Shown here: positions 8,058 to 16,719 of the stretch, piece after piece
How the letters are laid out: each line of letters starts with the position of its first letter
How positions within the stretch are numbered: the stretch's first letter is position 1
Assembly: GCA_016185755.1 (NCBI GenBank)
Contig: JACPMX010000006.1
Span: forward strand, 98,644 to 162,643
Origin: Candidatus Woesearchaeota archaeon
GTDB lineage: Archaea > Nanobdellota > Nanobdellia > Woesearchaeales > GW2011-AR4
DNA: 64,000 nucleotides
Direction: 5' to 3'
Notes under the pieces: generated by a model
Databases searched by the model: none
What the model was told of the DNA's origin: nothing
What the model saw: the letters and a program-made list of their open reading frames with translations, nothing else
Translations under genes and position numbers: made by a program

Positions 8058-8066
8058 AAAATGACC
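8058..8066. repeat. target-site duplication, right copy (AAAATGACC)
   Basis: Direct repeat of 4149-4157. Confidence 0.65.
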
Positions 8067-8082
8067 GAAAGCTTTATATATA
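8065..8082 (+). promoter_or_regulatory. BRE/TATA-like element upstream of tfb
   Basis: CCGAAAGC followed by TTTATATATA. It lies about 115 nt upstream of the tfb ATG, and a second A/T box (TTAATAAATT, about 8152-8161) lies closer, so the promoter assignment is uncertain. GGTGA Shine-Dalgarno-like motif at -12. Confidence 0.3.
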
Positions 8083-8195
8083 ACCTATTTCTACTTCTTT
8101 ATAAATCTTGTTAATGTTATCGACATACACTTTATTCGGGGGAAGAGGGTGTTAATAAATTTTTGCTTAAACAAAATTATGCAGGTGACTGAAAA

Positions 8196-9122
8196 ATGCC
8201 AGAACTAGTGAAGAAATGCCCGGAATGCGGCGGTATAAACCTTTCATGGAACAGGGATAGGGGGGAGATTATTTGCAGGGACTGCGGTCTGGTTATAGAA
8301 GAAAAAATGGTGGACTTCTCGCAGGAATGGAGGGAATTCGACTCAGAGGAAGGCGAGAAAAGGAGAAGGTCAGGCGCTCCAATGACTTACACCCAGTACG
8401 ACCAGGGCCTTGGGACAGAAGTTGGCCAAAAAGCTGACTTGCTCAAGCTTGGCGGAAAAGACAGGAACAAATTCTTCAGGCTAAGGAAATGGCAGTACAG
8501 GATATCAACTGCTATCGAAAGAAACCTTAAATTAGCATTGGCTGAGCTTAAAAGAGTATCTTCATATTTAAAATTGCCAAAGTCAGTTGAGGAAGAATCA
8601 GCAAGGATATACACTTTGGCTGTCCAGAGAGGCCTTGTCAGGGGAAGAAGCATGGAATCTGTTGTTGCAGGCGCTTTGTACGCTGCATGCAGAAGGCATG
8701 ATGTCCCAAGGACTCTTGACGAATTGTCAGAAGCTTCAGGCATTGAAAAGAAGGAAGTCGGAAGGACTTACAGGTTTGTCACAAGGGAGCTTGGAATCAC
8801 GATTTTGCCGAGCAATCCAGCAGATTACATTGCAAGGTTCGCATCTGCATTGAAATTAAGCGCAGAGACCCAGTCAAAATCAATCGAGATTCTTGAGCAG
8901 GCCCAAAAAGCAGAATTAACAAGCGGCAGGGGCCCGACAGGAATAGCCGCAGCTGCCCTTTATGTATCTGCATTGATACATGGCGAGAAAAGAACGCAAA
9001 GGGAAGTGGCAGATGTAGCAGGAGTTACAGAAGTTACAATCAGGAACAGGTACAAGGAATTGCTCGACGAGCTTGACCTTGAAGACGACATCAAGAAGAC
9101 AAAGAAAAAGAAGAAGAGATAA
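8196..9122 (+). CDS. tfb: transcription initiation factor IIB (TFB)
   Basis: N-terminal zinc ribbon CPECGG...CRDCG and two cyclin-fold repeats with typical TFB sequence (RGRSMESVVAGALYAACR, GRGPTGIAAAALYVSA). Confidence 0.95.
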   Translation: MPELVKKCPECGGINLSWNRDRGEIICRDCGLVIEEKMVDFSQEWREFDSEEGEKRRRSGAPMTYTQYDQGLGTEVGQKADLLKLGGKDRNKFFRLRKWQYRISTAIERNLKLALAELKRVSSYLKLPKSVEEESARIYTLAVQRGLVRGRSMESVVAGALYAACRRHDVPRTLDELSEASGIEKKEVGRTYRFVTRELGITILPSNPADYIARFASALKLSAETQSKSIEILEQAQKAELTSGRGPTGIAAAALYVSALIHGEKRTQREVADVAGVTEVTIRNRYKELLDELDLEDDIKKTKKKKKR

Positions 9123-9203
9123 GATTTTAATATTATTTTTTATTTTATAGAATTCTAAAAATTGGTGGATATTTTGATAATATTGTTTTTTTCAATTCAA
9201 GAA

Positions 9204-9818
9204 TTAATATCTTGGCAGAATTCCAAAAGGGGACCATGTTCTTGCTGGAACTCCCGGTCTAGGCATTTGATTTAATTCAGCAGCGGCGTAAGCAAGCCTA
9301 GCATATCTATTCAAGGATCCTCCGCCATCATCAAGAAGTTTTGTTTCTTTATCAATCTCCATTCTTAAAATTTCCCTAAATACTTCCCTGATACCGGCGA
9401 TATTTACTGCTGCAAGGACTGATCTGTGATTCATAATTCCATAATTTTTCTCAGATTCAGGGCTTAGATAGCCCTCAAGAATTTGCAAAGCAGTTCTGGC
9501 TATATGCGAATTTGAGTATACACTCTTTTCTTCTTCCGTCTTAGCACCTGGAAGTCTTTTGTCTTTTATCATTACCATTACTTGCAAATCAGCAAGAGGA
9601 TATTTTGGATCGACGATACGCCTTAGTTTAGATTCAGGGGTGTCATCCCTATGAGGGTAGATAAGATGTGCCATTGATGTCTCTATATGTTTTATAAGGG
9701 CAGTAAGGCCTTGCAATTCAGCAGTACTTTCTGCAATGAAATCTACAAATTGTTGGTCTGGCCTAGAACCGTTCTCAACAGTCCTTTGGCGATGCTCGTT
9801 ATATTTGGATATATCCAT
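9204..9818 (-). CDS. hypothetical protein
   Basis: 204-aa ORF with an ATG start and no overlapping better ORF. No recognisable motif. Confidence 0.5.
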   Translation of the reverse strand: MDISKYNEHRQRTVENGSRPDQQFVDFIAESTAELQGLTALIKHIETSMAHLIYPHRDDTPESKLRRIVDPKYPLADLQVMVMIKDKRLPGAKTEEEKSVYSNSHIARTALQILEGYLSPESEKNYGIMNHRSVLAAVNIAGIREVFREILRMEIDKETKLLDDGGGSLNRYARLAYAAAELNQMPRPGVPARTWSPFGILPRY

Positions 9819-9873
9819 ATAAAATGGATTTTCTTAGCACTTTATAAACCTTTTTGTTGTTATCTAAAGGTAG

Positions 9874-10197
9874 TTAAAATTTATGCAAAATTTTCTCAAA
9901 ATCCACAATTTTATTATTTTCAATCCTAATCCCTTCTTTCTCCAATAGCTCTTTTTTCTTCTTTAATCCATGCGCAAATCCGTGCAGGTGACACTTGCTG
10001 TCGACGACACGATGGCACGGTACCATATTTTCCCCTTTGCAGTTTAAAATTCCGTAAGGGTTTTTGTTCATTGCCTGGCCGACTGCGCGATAAGCTTTGG
10101 TTCCCGCTGCCTCTGCAAGGGCCTTGTATGTTGTTACTCTTCCCTTGGGAACTTTTCTAAGCAATTTGTAAATTTTTTCGTGAAATGGATTTGCCAT
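9874..10197 (-). CDS. ogt: methylated-DNA--protein-cysteine methyltransferase
   Basis: Active-site PCHRVV and upstream VPKGRVTTYKALA. The ATG at 10197 gives a typical-size domain (the track ORF extends to 10242). Confidence 0.85.
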   Translation of the reverse strand: MANPFHEKIYKLLRKVPKGRVTTYKALAEAAGTKAYRAVGQAMNKNPYGILNCKGENMVPCHRVVDSKCHLHGFAHGLKKKKELLEKEGIRIENNKIVDFEKILHKF

Positions 10198-10251
10198 ATT
10201 GCCATTATATCCACTCAGGTTTAAATATTTATTTGCCAGCATAGCTTTACA

Positions 10252-10380
10252 ATGTCATTTACATGCGGTATCTGCGGTATCGGCTTTAACTTTGAGAAGG
10301 ATTTGCAGGCTCATTTAGAAAAGCATAGCCCAAAATCGTCAATAAATCCGCTTTCCTCCGGGATTGTGGTGAAACAATAA
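10252..10380 (+). CDS. single C2H2 zinc-finger microprotein (42 aa)
   Basis: MSFTCGICGIGFNFEKDLQAHLEKH fits F-x-C-x2-C-x3-F-x5-L-x2-H-x3-H exactly. Too short for the ORF track. Confidence 0.5.
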   Translation: MSFTCGICGIGFNFEKDLQAHLEKHSPKSSINPLSSGIVVKQ

Positions 10381-10381
10381 A

Positions 10382-10507
10382 ATGCCAACATGCAGTTTTT
10401 GCGGAATGGACTTTGCAACAGAACAGCAGCTTTTTGGCCATATAAAGGAGATGCATAAATCCGAGCCCGCAGCTAACGAGCCGGGCCCCTTGCCGCCGCC
10501 TGCGTAA
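10382..10507 (+). CDS. single C2H2 zinc-finger microprotein (41 aa)
   Basis: MPTCSFCGMDFATEQQLFGHIKEMH fits C-x2-C-x3-F-x5-L-x2-H-x4-H. Starts 1 nt after the previous stop codon. Confidence 0.5.
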   Translation: MPTCSFCGMDFATEQQLFGHIKEMHKSEPAANEPGPLPPPA

Positions 10508-10509
10508 CT

Positions 10510-10995
10510 TTAAGTATGGCAAGTAAATAATCCGCGCTTCTCAAGGTATCTTTGATGGTATTCCTCTGCCCTGTAGAATTTCTTTGCAGGAACAATCTCT
10601 GTCACGATAGGCTTGCTGAATTTTCCTGATTTTTGCAGCTTTTCTTTTGATTTCATGGCGGTTTCTTTTTGCTTTTCATTGTGATAGAAAATCACTGACC
10701 TGTATTGCGTCCCGACATCAGGGCCTTGCCTGTTTAATTGGGTTGGATCATGACTGCTCCAGAAAACATCAAGAAGTTCTTCGTAAGAGGCTTTTGAAGG
10801 GTCGTATTCAACCTGCACAGCCTCTGCGTGCCCGGTTTTATCGGTGCACACCTCCTCATAGCTCGGATTTTCCATTTTGCCGCCGGAATAGCCCGCTATA
10901 GCATCAACTACCCCCTTGACCTTCCTGAATGCGGCCTCAACGCCCCAGAAGCATCCTGCTGCGAATGTTGCTAATTGTGTTTTTTGATTTGGCAT
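10510..10995 (-). CDS. msrA: peptide methionine sulfoxide reductase MsrA
   Basis: [15 protein letters not shown] active-site motif and full-length family-typical sequence. ATG at 10995. Confidence 0.9.
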   Translation of the reverse strand: MPNQKTQLATFAAGCFWGVEAAFRKVKGVVDAIAGYSGGKMENPSYEEVCTDKTGHAEAVQVEYDPSKASYEELLDVFWSSHDPTQLNRQGPDVGTQYRSVIFYHNEKQKETAMKSKEKLQKSGKFSKPIVTEIVPAKKFYRAEEYHQRYLEKRGLFTCHT

Positions 10996-11063
10996 GGTAA
11001 AAATCATGGTTAGGTTGTATTAATAGTTTTTCCCTAATTAACCCCAAAAGAAAAAATAAAAAA

Positions 11064-11138
11064 TGCTCCCGCCGAGATTTGAACTCGGGTCACCGGCGCG
11101 AGAGGCCAGTATGATTGTCCGGACTACACTACAGGAGC
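11064..11138 (-). tRNA. tRNA-Glu(CTC)
   Basis: 75 nt, no intron. Acceptor GCTCCTG/CGGGAGC, anticodon arm CTGGC-CTCTCGC-GCCGG, T arm CCGAG-TTCAAAT-CTCGG, discriminator A. Confidence 0.85.
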
Positions 11139-11268
11139 AATACAGCAAGAAATTTAAGAGATTTTTAAAGGTTGTGAATAATTAAATCAATATGGATAAG
11201 CTTATCAGGCGCTCATGCGCGCTGCATGATTTAGGAACTAATTTAAACCACCGCTTTACACAGCAATA

Positions 11269-11616
11269 ATGTACATCCCAAAGAAATACGGGCAGAGCAG
11301 GATTGACAAATGCCCTTTCTGCCAGAAGCACGCAACAGCAATTAACAGCCAGAAAGTCCCTGTCTGCCAGTCTCATAAGGAAGAGGTGCTTGACAGCCTT
11401 AAATGCATCTGCGGCTCGCATCTTGAGACTTTGAATGGGAAATTCGGAACATTTTTTTCATGCGCGAAATGCGGCAATATAAATATGAAAAAGGCTCTGG
11501 AATTCAATGCTGTGAAACCCCGGGCTCAAAATGAAAGAGTTTCCCAGAGAAATGAAAAAACGCAGACAAAGAAAGAAATGACTGTGAGGAGCGATGACCC
11601 AAGATATTTCGGCTAA
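11269..11616 (+). CDS. zinc-ribbon protein (topoisomerase-type C4 finger-like)
   Basis: Cys clusters CPFCQ...CQSH and CICG...FFSCAKCGN, with a basic C-terminal tail. Confidence 0.55.
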   Translation: MYIPKKYGQSRIDKCPFCQKHATAINSQKVPVCQSHKEEVLDSLKCICGSHLETLNGKFGTFFSCAKCGNINMKKALEFNAVKPRAQNERVSQRNEKTQTKKEMTVRSDDPRYFG

Positions 11617-11812
11617 ATATATAGAGCTGAACACCTTCCTCAGGATAATTGGTGTTGAAGGGACGGGCGGGCAAATCAAGCTCATCATCCGCTCAGGCTC
11701 TGTAAAAGTCAACGGGGAAATTGAAACAAGAAACAAGAGGAAGCTGCACGCAGGAGACATTGTTGAATATCTTGGAAAGAAGCATGAAATCGGGGAAAAA
11801 CTGATAAGATGA
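11594..11812 (+). CDS. S4-domain RNA-binding protein (YbcJ/Hsp15-like)
   Basis: 72 aa with LNTFLRIIGVEGTGGQIKLIIRSGSVKVNGEIETRNKRKLHAGDIV, the S4 alpha-L motif pattern. Confidence 0.6.
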   Translation: MTQDISAKYIELNTFLRIIGVEGTGGQIKLIIRSGSVKVNGEIETRNKRKLHAGDIVEYLGKKHEIGEKLIR

Positions 11813-13737
11813 ACTACAAGGGGCTGGAGCTGGACAAATTCCAGGAAGATGCGATAAGAAACATTGAGCACAACAAGTCTGTGGTAGTTTCAGCGCCGAC
11901 AGGCTCGGGAAAGACCCTTATTGCGGATTACATCATCGAGAGGGACTTCAGGAAAGGAATCAGGGTGATTTATACTGCCCCGATCAAGGCCCTTTCAAAC
12001 CAGAAGTACAAGGAATTCTCAAGAAGCTACGGGGAAAAGAATGTAGGCATAATAACCGGGGATGTGCAGAAAAACACCGATGCGCTGATTCTTATAATGA
12101 CAACCGAGATTTACCGCAATATGGTATTGAGCAATGACCCTTTCATCAGCGAGGTATCTTATGTTATTTTTGACGAGATACATTACATAAATGACATAGA
12201 GAGGGGCTATGTGTGGGAGGAATCGATAATATTCTCAAAGCCCAATGTAAGAGTATTATGTTTGTCTGCAACAATCCCGAATGCCGATGAGTTTGCAAGA
12301 TGGATTGAAGCGATAAAAGGGCACGAGGTTGTTGTTGTCAGGCATGATCAAAGGCCGGTGCCGCTTCATGTGAATTTTTATGACGCAGAGCTCGGGGTCA
12401 CAACATTAAAAAACCTGAAGGATGCGATGGACGTTCCTGATTACCATAAGGTTATGCCCCGGCACCAAAGGTTCAGGCAAAGGCAGAAATCAAAAATCCC
12501 GTCCCATTTTGAATTAGTAAGGGAGATTAAGGACAACCTTCCATGCATGTTCTTCAGCTTTTCAAGGCAGGGATGCCAGAAAAAGGCATATGAGCTTTTC
12601 CAGAAAAACATGTTCCAGATGAATCCTGAAATTTCTGCTTTTGTGAGGAACAGGCTTTCAGGCACGAGCCCTGAAATAAACAGGCTCGATTCAGCAAGAA
12701 TACTGAGGCAGATACTGCCTTACGGCATTGCATTCCATCATGCGGGCATGCTCCCTATCCTGAAGGAAATTGTGGAAGATCTTTTCGAGAAGGGGCTGAT
12801 AAAAGTATTGTACACGACCGAGACTTTTGCTGTCGGGGTGAACATGCCTGCAAAGAGCGTCTGCTTCGAATCACTGAGGAAATTTGACGGGGTTTCCTTC
12901 AGGCTGATGAACTCAAAGGAATATTTCCAGATTGCAGGCAGGGCAGGAAGGAGGGGGCTTGACAAGGAAGGCTTTGTCTACATAATGGCTGAAAGGAAAT
13001 TCTTTGAATATGAGAAGATAAAAAAAATAATCACTTCGGACACTTCCCCAATCACGTCCCAGTTCAGGCTTTCGGTAAACACTGTTTTGAATTTGATAAT
13101 GCAGCACGATGAGAAAGAGATAGACGACATACTGTGCAAAAGCTTCCATTCCTTCCAAAAATACGGGAATAAGTTCATGGACAGGGAAAATATTGTGAGC
13201 CATAATGCCTTCTATAACTACAAGAAGAAGCTGGAAAAGATGGAATATGTGCAGGGGAACAGCCTGACTGAAAAAGGGGTTTTTGCCTCGAAAATCTATT
13301 CCGATGAGATACTCATAGGGGAAATTTTTGCAACTGGCTTTTACACAAAGCTGAATGAGTACCAGATGCTCATGGCTGTTGCATGCCTGTGCTACGAGGC
13401 AAGGGAAAAGACAGAATTCTTCAAAAAATACCATTCAAAATTGGCGGACGAGCTTAAGAGGATGATATGGGGAAATGACTATCTCAGGCATGAAAAAAGA
13501 TTCAGGGAAATCGACGAGCTTACCTCCCTGATGCACCCGCTTTACCATGGGCAAAGCCTGCTGAAGATAATTGAAAACACGAATCTGCTTGAAGGGGATG
13601 TCATAAGGTTTTTCAGGCAGATTGCCGACAAGCTTGGCCAGATAAAGAGCGCAACAGAGGACAGGAGCTTGAGGGACATGCTATCCAACTGCCAGAAAAT
13701 TGTCGAGGACTGTGTCGGTGAATTTGACACGATTTGA
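11809..13737 (+). CDS. Ski2-like DEAD/DEAH-box helicase
   Basis: Motifs APTGSGKT, DEIH, SAT, HHAGM and QIAGRAGRRG, plus a C-terminal helical domain. The ATGA start overlaps the preceding ORF. Confidence 0.85.
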   Translation: MNYKGLELDKFQEDAIRNIEHNKSVVVSAPTGSGKTLIADYIIERDFRKGIRVIYTAPIKALSNQKYKEFSRSYGEKNVGIITGDVQKNTDALILIMTTEIYRNMVLSNDPFISEVSYVIFDEIHYINDIERGYVWEESIIFSKPNVRVLCLSATIPNADEFARWIEAIKGHEVVVVRHDQRPVPLHVNFYDAELGVTTLKNLKDAMDVPDYHKVMPRHQRFRQRQKSKIPSHFELVREIKDNLPCMFFSFSRQGCQKKAYELFQKNMFQMNPEISAFVRNRLSGTSPEINRLDSARILRQILPYGIAFHHAGMLPILKEIVEDLFEKGLIKVLYTTETFAVGVNMPAKSVCFESLRKFDGVSFRLMNSKEYFQIAGRAGRRGLDKEGFVYIMAERKFFEYEKIKKIITSDTSPITSQFRLSVNTVLNLIMQHDEKEIDDILCKSFHSFQKYGNKFMDRENIVSHNAFYNYKKKLEKMEYVQGNSLTEKGVFASKIYSDEILIGEIFATGFYTKLNEYQMLMAVACLCYEAREKTEFFKKYHSKLADELKRMIWGNDYLRHEKRFREIDELTSLMHPLYHGQSLLKIIENTNLLEGDVIRFFRQIADKLGQIKSATEDRSLRDMLSNCQKIVEDCVGEFDTI

Positions 13738-13754
13738 TTCTGCTTTGAATAAAG

Positions 13755-13958
13755 CGCCGAGGCTGGGACTTTCAATCCAATGGCTGTGTTAAGTCAGGCA
13801 ACGATTGCTCGCACCCAAAAGTGCAGCCACCGGATTTTGAACCCAGACATCCTTTCGGAAACAAGCTTTCAACTGGCAGTTCCAGGCTTGCGCGATATTT
13901 CCCAGCGGAAAACAGCGAAAACTGCTGCTTTCGCGCTTCCAGATTACGCGACCTCGGC
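13755..13958 (-). tRNA. tRNA-Ser(GGA) with three introns
   Basis: Acceptor GCCGAGG (13958-13952) pairs with CCTCGGC (13762-13756). D-loop insert about 13897-13936. The anticodon arm CAAGC/GCTTG encloses 19 nt (anticodon GGA at 13883-13881). T stem CTGGG/CCCAG is split by a 67-nt insert (13769-13835). Exons sum to about 85 nt. Confidence 0.7.
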
Positions 13959-14010
13959 AATAGAAACTTATAGTCATTTATTTATAAAGTTTTGTTGGAA
14001 AACAACAGAA

Positions 14011-14319
14011 TTATTCAATCATCTCGATTTCAATGTTTAAACCTTCAGGAATAGGCACCCTCATCACCAATCTTAAAGCCCTTTCATCCAAGCCCAAGTC
14101 AATAAGCCTCTTGTGCACCCTCATCTCGTATCTTTCCCAAGTGGCCGTTCCCTCTCCATCAGGGGATTTTCTTGTCGTTACCTTGAGCCTTTTTGTCGGC
14201 AACGGGATCGGGCCCCTCATGTCAACACCAGTCTTGTCAGCTATGTCTTTAATGTAGCTGCACACTTCATTGATTTTGGTTATGTCAATGCTTGCCAGTT
14301 TTATTCTTGCTTTTTGCAT
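14011..14319 (-). CDS. rps10: 30S ribosomal protein S10
   Basis: [10 protein letters not shown]... is a typical S10 start, and the gene is in the conserved position downstream of tuf. Confidence 0.9.
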   Translation of the reverse strand: MQKARIKLASIDITKINEVCSYIKDIADKTGVDMRGPIPLPTKRLKVTTRKSPDGEGTATWERYEMRVHKRLIDLGLDERALRLVMRVPIPEGLNIEIEMIE

Positions 14320-14413
14320 GTTAATCACTTGGTGCTGATATGGATGCTTAGTGCCTCATGGTAATTGTCAGTTTACCGTGATTCCTTAAATAAGGAAAAT
14401 AAAATGAAAAAAA

Positions 14414-15700
14414 TCACTTCTTCACTAAGTCAATGCACATTCCGGCTGCAACTGTGACTCCTGAATCCCTTACAGCAAACCTCGCCATCTGCGGAATCTC
14501 GCTTTGCTTCTCTATGCACAATGGCTGTATGGGCTTGATCTTCATGATAGCTGCATCGCCGTTCTTTATGAAATCAGGCTTCTCTTCCTTTGTGGTGCCT
14601 GTTGCAGGGTCAAGCTTCTTGACTATTTCAGTCACTTGGCACGCAACCTGCGCTGTATGAACGTGGAACACCGGCGTGTACCCTACTGTTATGACAGTCG
14701 GATGGTTCAGCACAATAATCTGCGCTGTGAATTCAGTTGCAACTGTTGGAGGATGGCTTACATGGCCGAGGACATCTCCCCTTGCTATGTCTTTCTTTTC
14801 GATGCCCCTCACGTTGAATCCTATGTTGTCGCCCGGCTCTGCCTGCTGCAATTGCTCGTGGTGCATTTCTATTGTCTTTACCTCTCCTGTAATGCCCTTT
14901 CCTTCCCTTGCCGGCACTACAACTATCTTGTCGTTGACTTTCATGATGCCTGTAACGACCTTGCCGACCGGGACAACCCCGATTCCTGTTATGTTGTAGA
15001 CATCCTGGATTGGAAGCCTTAATGGCAATTGCGTAGGCTTTTGAGGCTCCTTGAATGTGTCAAGAGCTTCAAGCAAAGTTGGCCCCTTGTACCATGGCAT
15101 GTTTTCTGACTTCTTGGCAACGTTGTCGCCCGGGAAAGAAGCTCCTGCAACAAAAGTAATTTCATCAATTTTGAAGCCAACCAGCTTCAACTGCTTTGAC
15201 ACTTCTTCCTTTACTTCATTGAATCTTTTTTCGTCATACTTTGCCATGTCCATCTTGTTGACGTATATTATCATCTGGCTTACGCCCAAAGTCCTTGACA
15301 GGAAAATGTGCTCCTTTGTCTGTGCCTGCACCCCATCACCGGGATTTGCAGAAACAACCAGAATTCCGGCATCCGCCTGGGCAGCGCCTGTAATCATGTT
15401 CTTGATGAAATCCTTGTGGCCAGGCGCATCAATTATTGTAAAGTAATATTTTGATGTTTCGAATTTCTTGTGGCTCAGGTCGATTGTGACACCTCGCTCC
15501 CTTTCTTCCTTGAGGTTGTCCATTACGAAAGCAAATTCAAAGCCTGACTTTCCAAGCTCCTTTGCAGTGTCCTTTAATTTCCTCATTGTCTGCTCGTCAA
15601 TTGCACCTGTGTCGTAAAGCAGCCTTCCTACTGTAGTTGATTTTCCGTGGTCTACGTGACCGATGAACACGATGTTCATGTGTGGTTTTCCCTTAGCCAT
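14414..15700 (-). CDS. tuf: translation elongation factor 1-alpha
   Basis: [14 protein letters not shown] and NKMD GTPase motifs. 428 aa. GGAGGT Shine-Dalgarno upstream. Confidence 0.97.
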   Translation of the reverse strand: MAKGKPHMNIVFIGHVDHGKSTTVGRLLYDTGAIDEQTMRKLKDTAKELGKSGFEFAFVMDNLKEERERGVTIDLSHKKFETSKYYFTIIDAPGHKDFIKNMITGAAQADAGILVVSANPGDGVQAQTKEHIFLSRTLGVSQMIIYVNKMDMAKYDEKRFNEVKEEVSKQLKLVGFKIDEITFVAGASFPGDNVAKKSENMPWYKGPTLLEALDTFKEPQKPTQLPLRLPIQDVYNITGIGVVPVGKVVTGIMKVNDKIVVVPAREGKGITGEVKTIEMHHEQLQQAEPGDNIGFNVRGIEKKDIARGDVLGHVSHPPTVATEFTAQIIVLNHPTVITVGYTPVFHVHTAQVACQVTEIVKKLDPATGTTKEEKPDFIKNGDAAIMKIKPIQPLCIEKQSEIPQMARFAVRDSGVTVAAGMCIDLVKK

Positions 15701-15830
15701 TTTATGTGTTAACCTCCTATTAATTTAATTGAATTTTAGCCCTCTTGGGAATTCTGCTGAATTTAAAAAGGTTGTGTTTTTTGTGAGTAAATCAAAGCTA
15801 AAAACCGGCACAGCAAGGTTTAAATACTGA

Positions 15831-16688
15831 ATGAAAAACCAAAGGATGGGTTGGTGCAATTTGGTTGACAAAAAAACTCAGGACAGCCAAGCTAAGAATT
15901 CGAAGCTTGCCATAAAAATCATCAGGAATGTCGTGATTGGAGTAATAACCGCGATTTTAGTTTTTGGATCATTCTTTGTTGTCGGAGCCGGGGAGAAAGG
16001 CGTCATATTCAATGTATTCAGCGGAGTGAAGGACAAGACTTATGATGAGGGGCTTCATTTTAAACTGCCGCTTTTTGAAAAGCCATACAGGTTTGAGGTC
16101 AGGACAAGGGTTTACAATGATGATGCGGCAGCTGCCTCAAAGGACCTGCAGATAGTTTCCACAAGAGTTGCCTTGAATTACCACATAGACAAGGACAAGG
16201 TAAACACTTTGTTCAAGAACATCGGGCCTGACTATGAGCACAGGATTATTGACCCTTCAATACAGGAAGTCGTGAAGGCGATAACTGCCAAGCACATAGC
16301 AGAGGAGCTTATAACAAAAAGGGAGATCGTGAAGGAAGAGATAAAAACAACCCTGAAAGAGAGGCTGGCAAGAAGCTATGTAATCCTTGATGACTTGTCC
16401 ATAACAAATTTTGACTTCAGCCCGGAGTTCAACCATGCAATTGAGCAGAAGGTGACTGCAGAGCAGAATGCCCTGAAGGAGCAGAACAACCTGAAAGTCA
16501 TTGAATTCCAGGCGCAGCAAAAAATAGCCCAGGCAAAGGGGGAGGCTGAAGCTATAAGGATTGTAAACGAGGAATTGCTTAAAAGCCCCCAATACATTGA
16601 TTACCTTACAATACAAAAATGGGACGGGAAGATGCCTCTTGCACTGGGAAGCGGAAGCCTGTTGTCGATAACCGGAGAGCAAAAGTAA
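15831..16688 (+). CDS. SPFH/band-7 (prohibitin-like) membrane protein
   Basis: N-terminal TM helix, then an SPFH core and the coiled-coil AEQNALKEQNNLKVIEFQAQQKIAQAKGEAEAIRI. Confidence 0.8.
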   Translation: MKNQRMGWCNLVDKKTQDSQAKNSKLAIKIIRNVVIGVITAILVFGSFFVVGAGEKGVIFNVFSGVKDKTYDEGLHFKLPLFEKPYRFEVRTRVYNDDAAAASKDLQIVSTRVALNYHIDKDKVNTLFKNIGPDYEHRIIDPSIQEVVKAITAKHIAEELITKREIVKEEIKTTLKERLARSYVILDDLSITNFDFSPEFNHAIEQKVTAEQNALKEQNNLKVIEFQAQQKIAQAKGEAEAIRIVNEELLKSPQYIDYLTIQKWDGKMPLALGSGSLLSITGEQK

Positions 16689-16719
16689 ATTTAATAAACA
16701 TTTTTGCCATTCTTCTGCC

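Noticed and set aside
10286-10522. 78-aa minus-strand ORF between ogt and msrA
   Set aside because: It has no motif, and it is antisense to two plus-strand micro-ORFs that each match the full C2H2 zinc-finger consensus. The plus-strand reading is the better explanation.
13772-14040. Several 62-86-aa ORFs on both strands
   Set aside because: They overlap the three-intron tRNA-Ser(GGA) gene and its promoter region and show no coding signal.
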